DNA of 32,418 nucleotides from Vermamoeba vermiformis (Eukaryota): NCBI GenBank assembly GCA_045837725.1, contig JBEWZL010000180.1, positions 1 to 32,418 of the forward strand, read 5' to 3'. Shown piece by piece: positions 31,163 to 32,418 of this stretch (position 1 is its first letter; each line of letters starts with the position of its first letter). The notes under the pieces were generated by a model. It saw only the letters and a program-made list of their open reading frames with translations, ran no database searches and was not told where the DNA came from. The position numbers and the translations under genes were made by a program.

Positions 31163-32354
31163 ATGGGTAACGCTAATAACAAGCATAGCGCTGAAGCGGC
31201 CAAGTTGAATCAAAATGTAAAACTGATCGTGGTTGGAGACAATTCAAATGGCTTAAAAACAAAATTTTTATTCACATACCTTGATGCTGGTAAAGAACGC
31301 GATTATTTTCCTTCGGTAAGGCTTGATTTAAAATATTTTTAACGAATCTGAAATTTGAAAAAATTATTTTGTGCTGTTGTAGACAATGATATTAATTTAA
31401 AATTAGCATCAATATCTCATAAATATGATTTTTTGTAGGTTTTTGATAATAGTCAAGTCGAAGTCGAATACAAAAACTTGCACGTAACGATCGGGCTTTG
31501 GGACACAAGTAAACCGACCCAAATTATTATTTCTTATTAAATATTGGATAATAATACTTCAATGTAGGCGGGCAAGAAGAATTTGACCGTTTAAGGCCGC
31601 TAACTTACGCTCAAACCGGTAAGAAAAAACGATCAACGTAATGCGACCGTTATTCTGACTTTGTCTTAATCAGACGTGGCTATAGTACTATATAACAGAC
31701 TAGATGAAAGGTCTTTTGCAAATGTACGAGATCTAGTAAGTTCTCCGTAACTGATGGGCGTGCGTACATTAATTGGATCTAACTTTGTTATCCTTTTTAG
31801 TGGATCCCTGAATTATATCATCATATTCCGTCAGTACCTATAATCATCGTTGAGTGCGAGGGAGAGGACAGAGGAACTTCTGTATTATTTGAACACGTAA
31901 GTCCAGTTCAAACGCGAATCCACTTCTGAAATTGTTCGACTTGTCAACGGAGTTAATTTTGAAAAATATAATACTAATATTAATATAGGCACAGGCGTTA
32001 CAAGCCGATCCGAAAATTCTGGCTTTTGCAGTTGAAAAAACGAGTTTGAAAGATTTTTCGAGCGTCAAACGAGTTATGAGCGAGAAAGCATTAGAAGCAA
32101 TTGATTTTACGCTCAAATCAGGCCTAATGGATGAATATAAGAAAATTAACGACTCCGTTAATGAGCAATATGGATCGGAATTAAAGAGGCTGAAAAGTGA
32201 CGCGGATGCAGCGAGCAAAGCGAAGGACGAAAGCGCGAAGAGAAAAAACGAAAAATACCAGGAATTATTAGCGAAGATGAACGGAGAGATTTATCAGCAG
32301 GTTATGAAAGTCAAACGAGAAGTGTACGCCAAGCATTTTGGTTGGAAGTATTAG
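31163..32354 (+). CDS. Atypical Rho-family GTPase (probable pseudo-GTPase) with C-terminal helical extension
   Basis: Six exons: MGNANN...VKLIVVGDNSNGLKT...DYFPS|VFDN...[30 protein letters not shown]...SFANV..|WIPELYHHIPSVPIIIVECEGED. Switch II and WIPEL are Rho-typical. G1 and G4 are degenerate, there is no CAAX, and it ends in TAG at 32354. Confidence 0.85.
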
Positions 32355-32418
32355 ATCCATTCCACGGTAAGCAAGTATAGAATACGAGTGTTTTAGCTAA
32401 ACTAAACGATTTATAATA

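Overview
Eukaryotic chromosome end from a compact, intron-rich genome. Introns are short and AT-rich, with GTAAGT/GTACGT donors and CTAAY-type branch sites; the genetic code is standard; gene content suggests an amoebozoan-like phagotrophic protist (inference). About 41 (CCCTAA)n telomere units join directly to the middle of a coding exon of a peptidoglycan-binding domain, which lies inverted next to the orphan last exon of a VanY/M15B peptidase, so there is no subtelomeric buffer. Thirteen spliced or single-exon genes follow: ETF-ubiquinone oxidoreductase; an ACBP ending in a PTS1; an F-box/Cys-Trp ankyrin protein; a protein with two degenerate SRF-type MADS units (not recognisable from the ORF track); cystathionine beta-synthase with a heme motif; two F-box/LRR proteins; GNL3/Nug1 GTPase; a PH-DH-PH-MORN RhoGEF; an ETR-like MDR reductase; a PH + 2x aegerolysin-like + FYVE-like protein; a NADAR hydrolase; and a degenerate, myristoylation-type Rho protein. 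A SAM-SAM-STAND NTPase-REase (Crinkler-like) gene appears to carry an in-frame TGA. All domain calls come from manual splicing and motif recognition; no searches were run.
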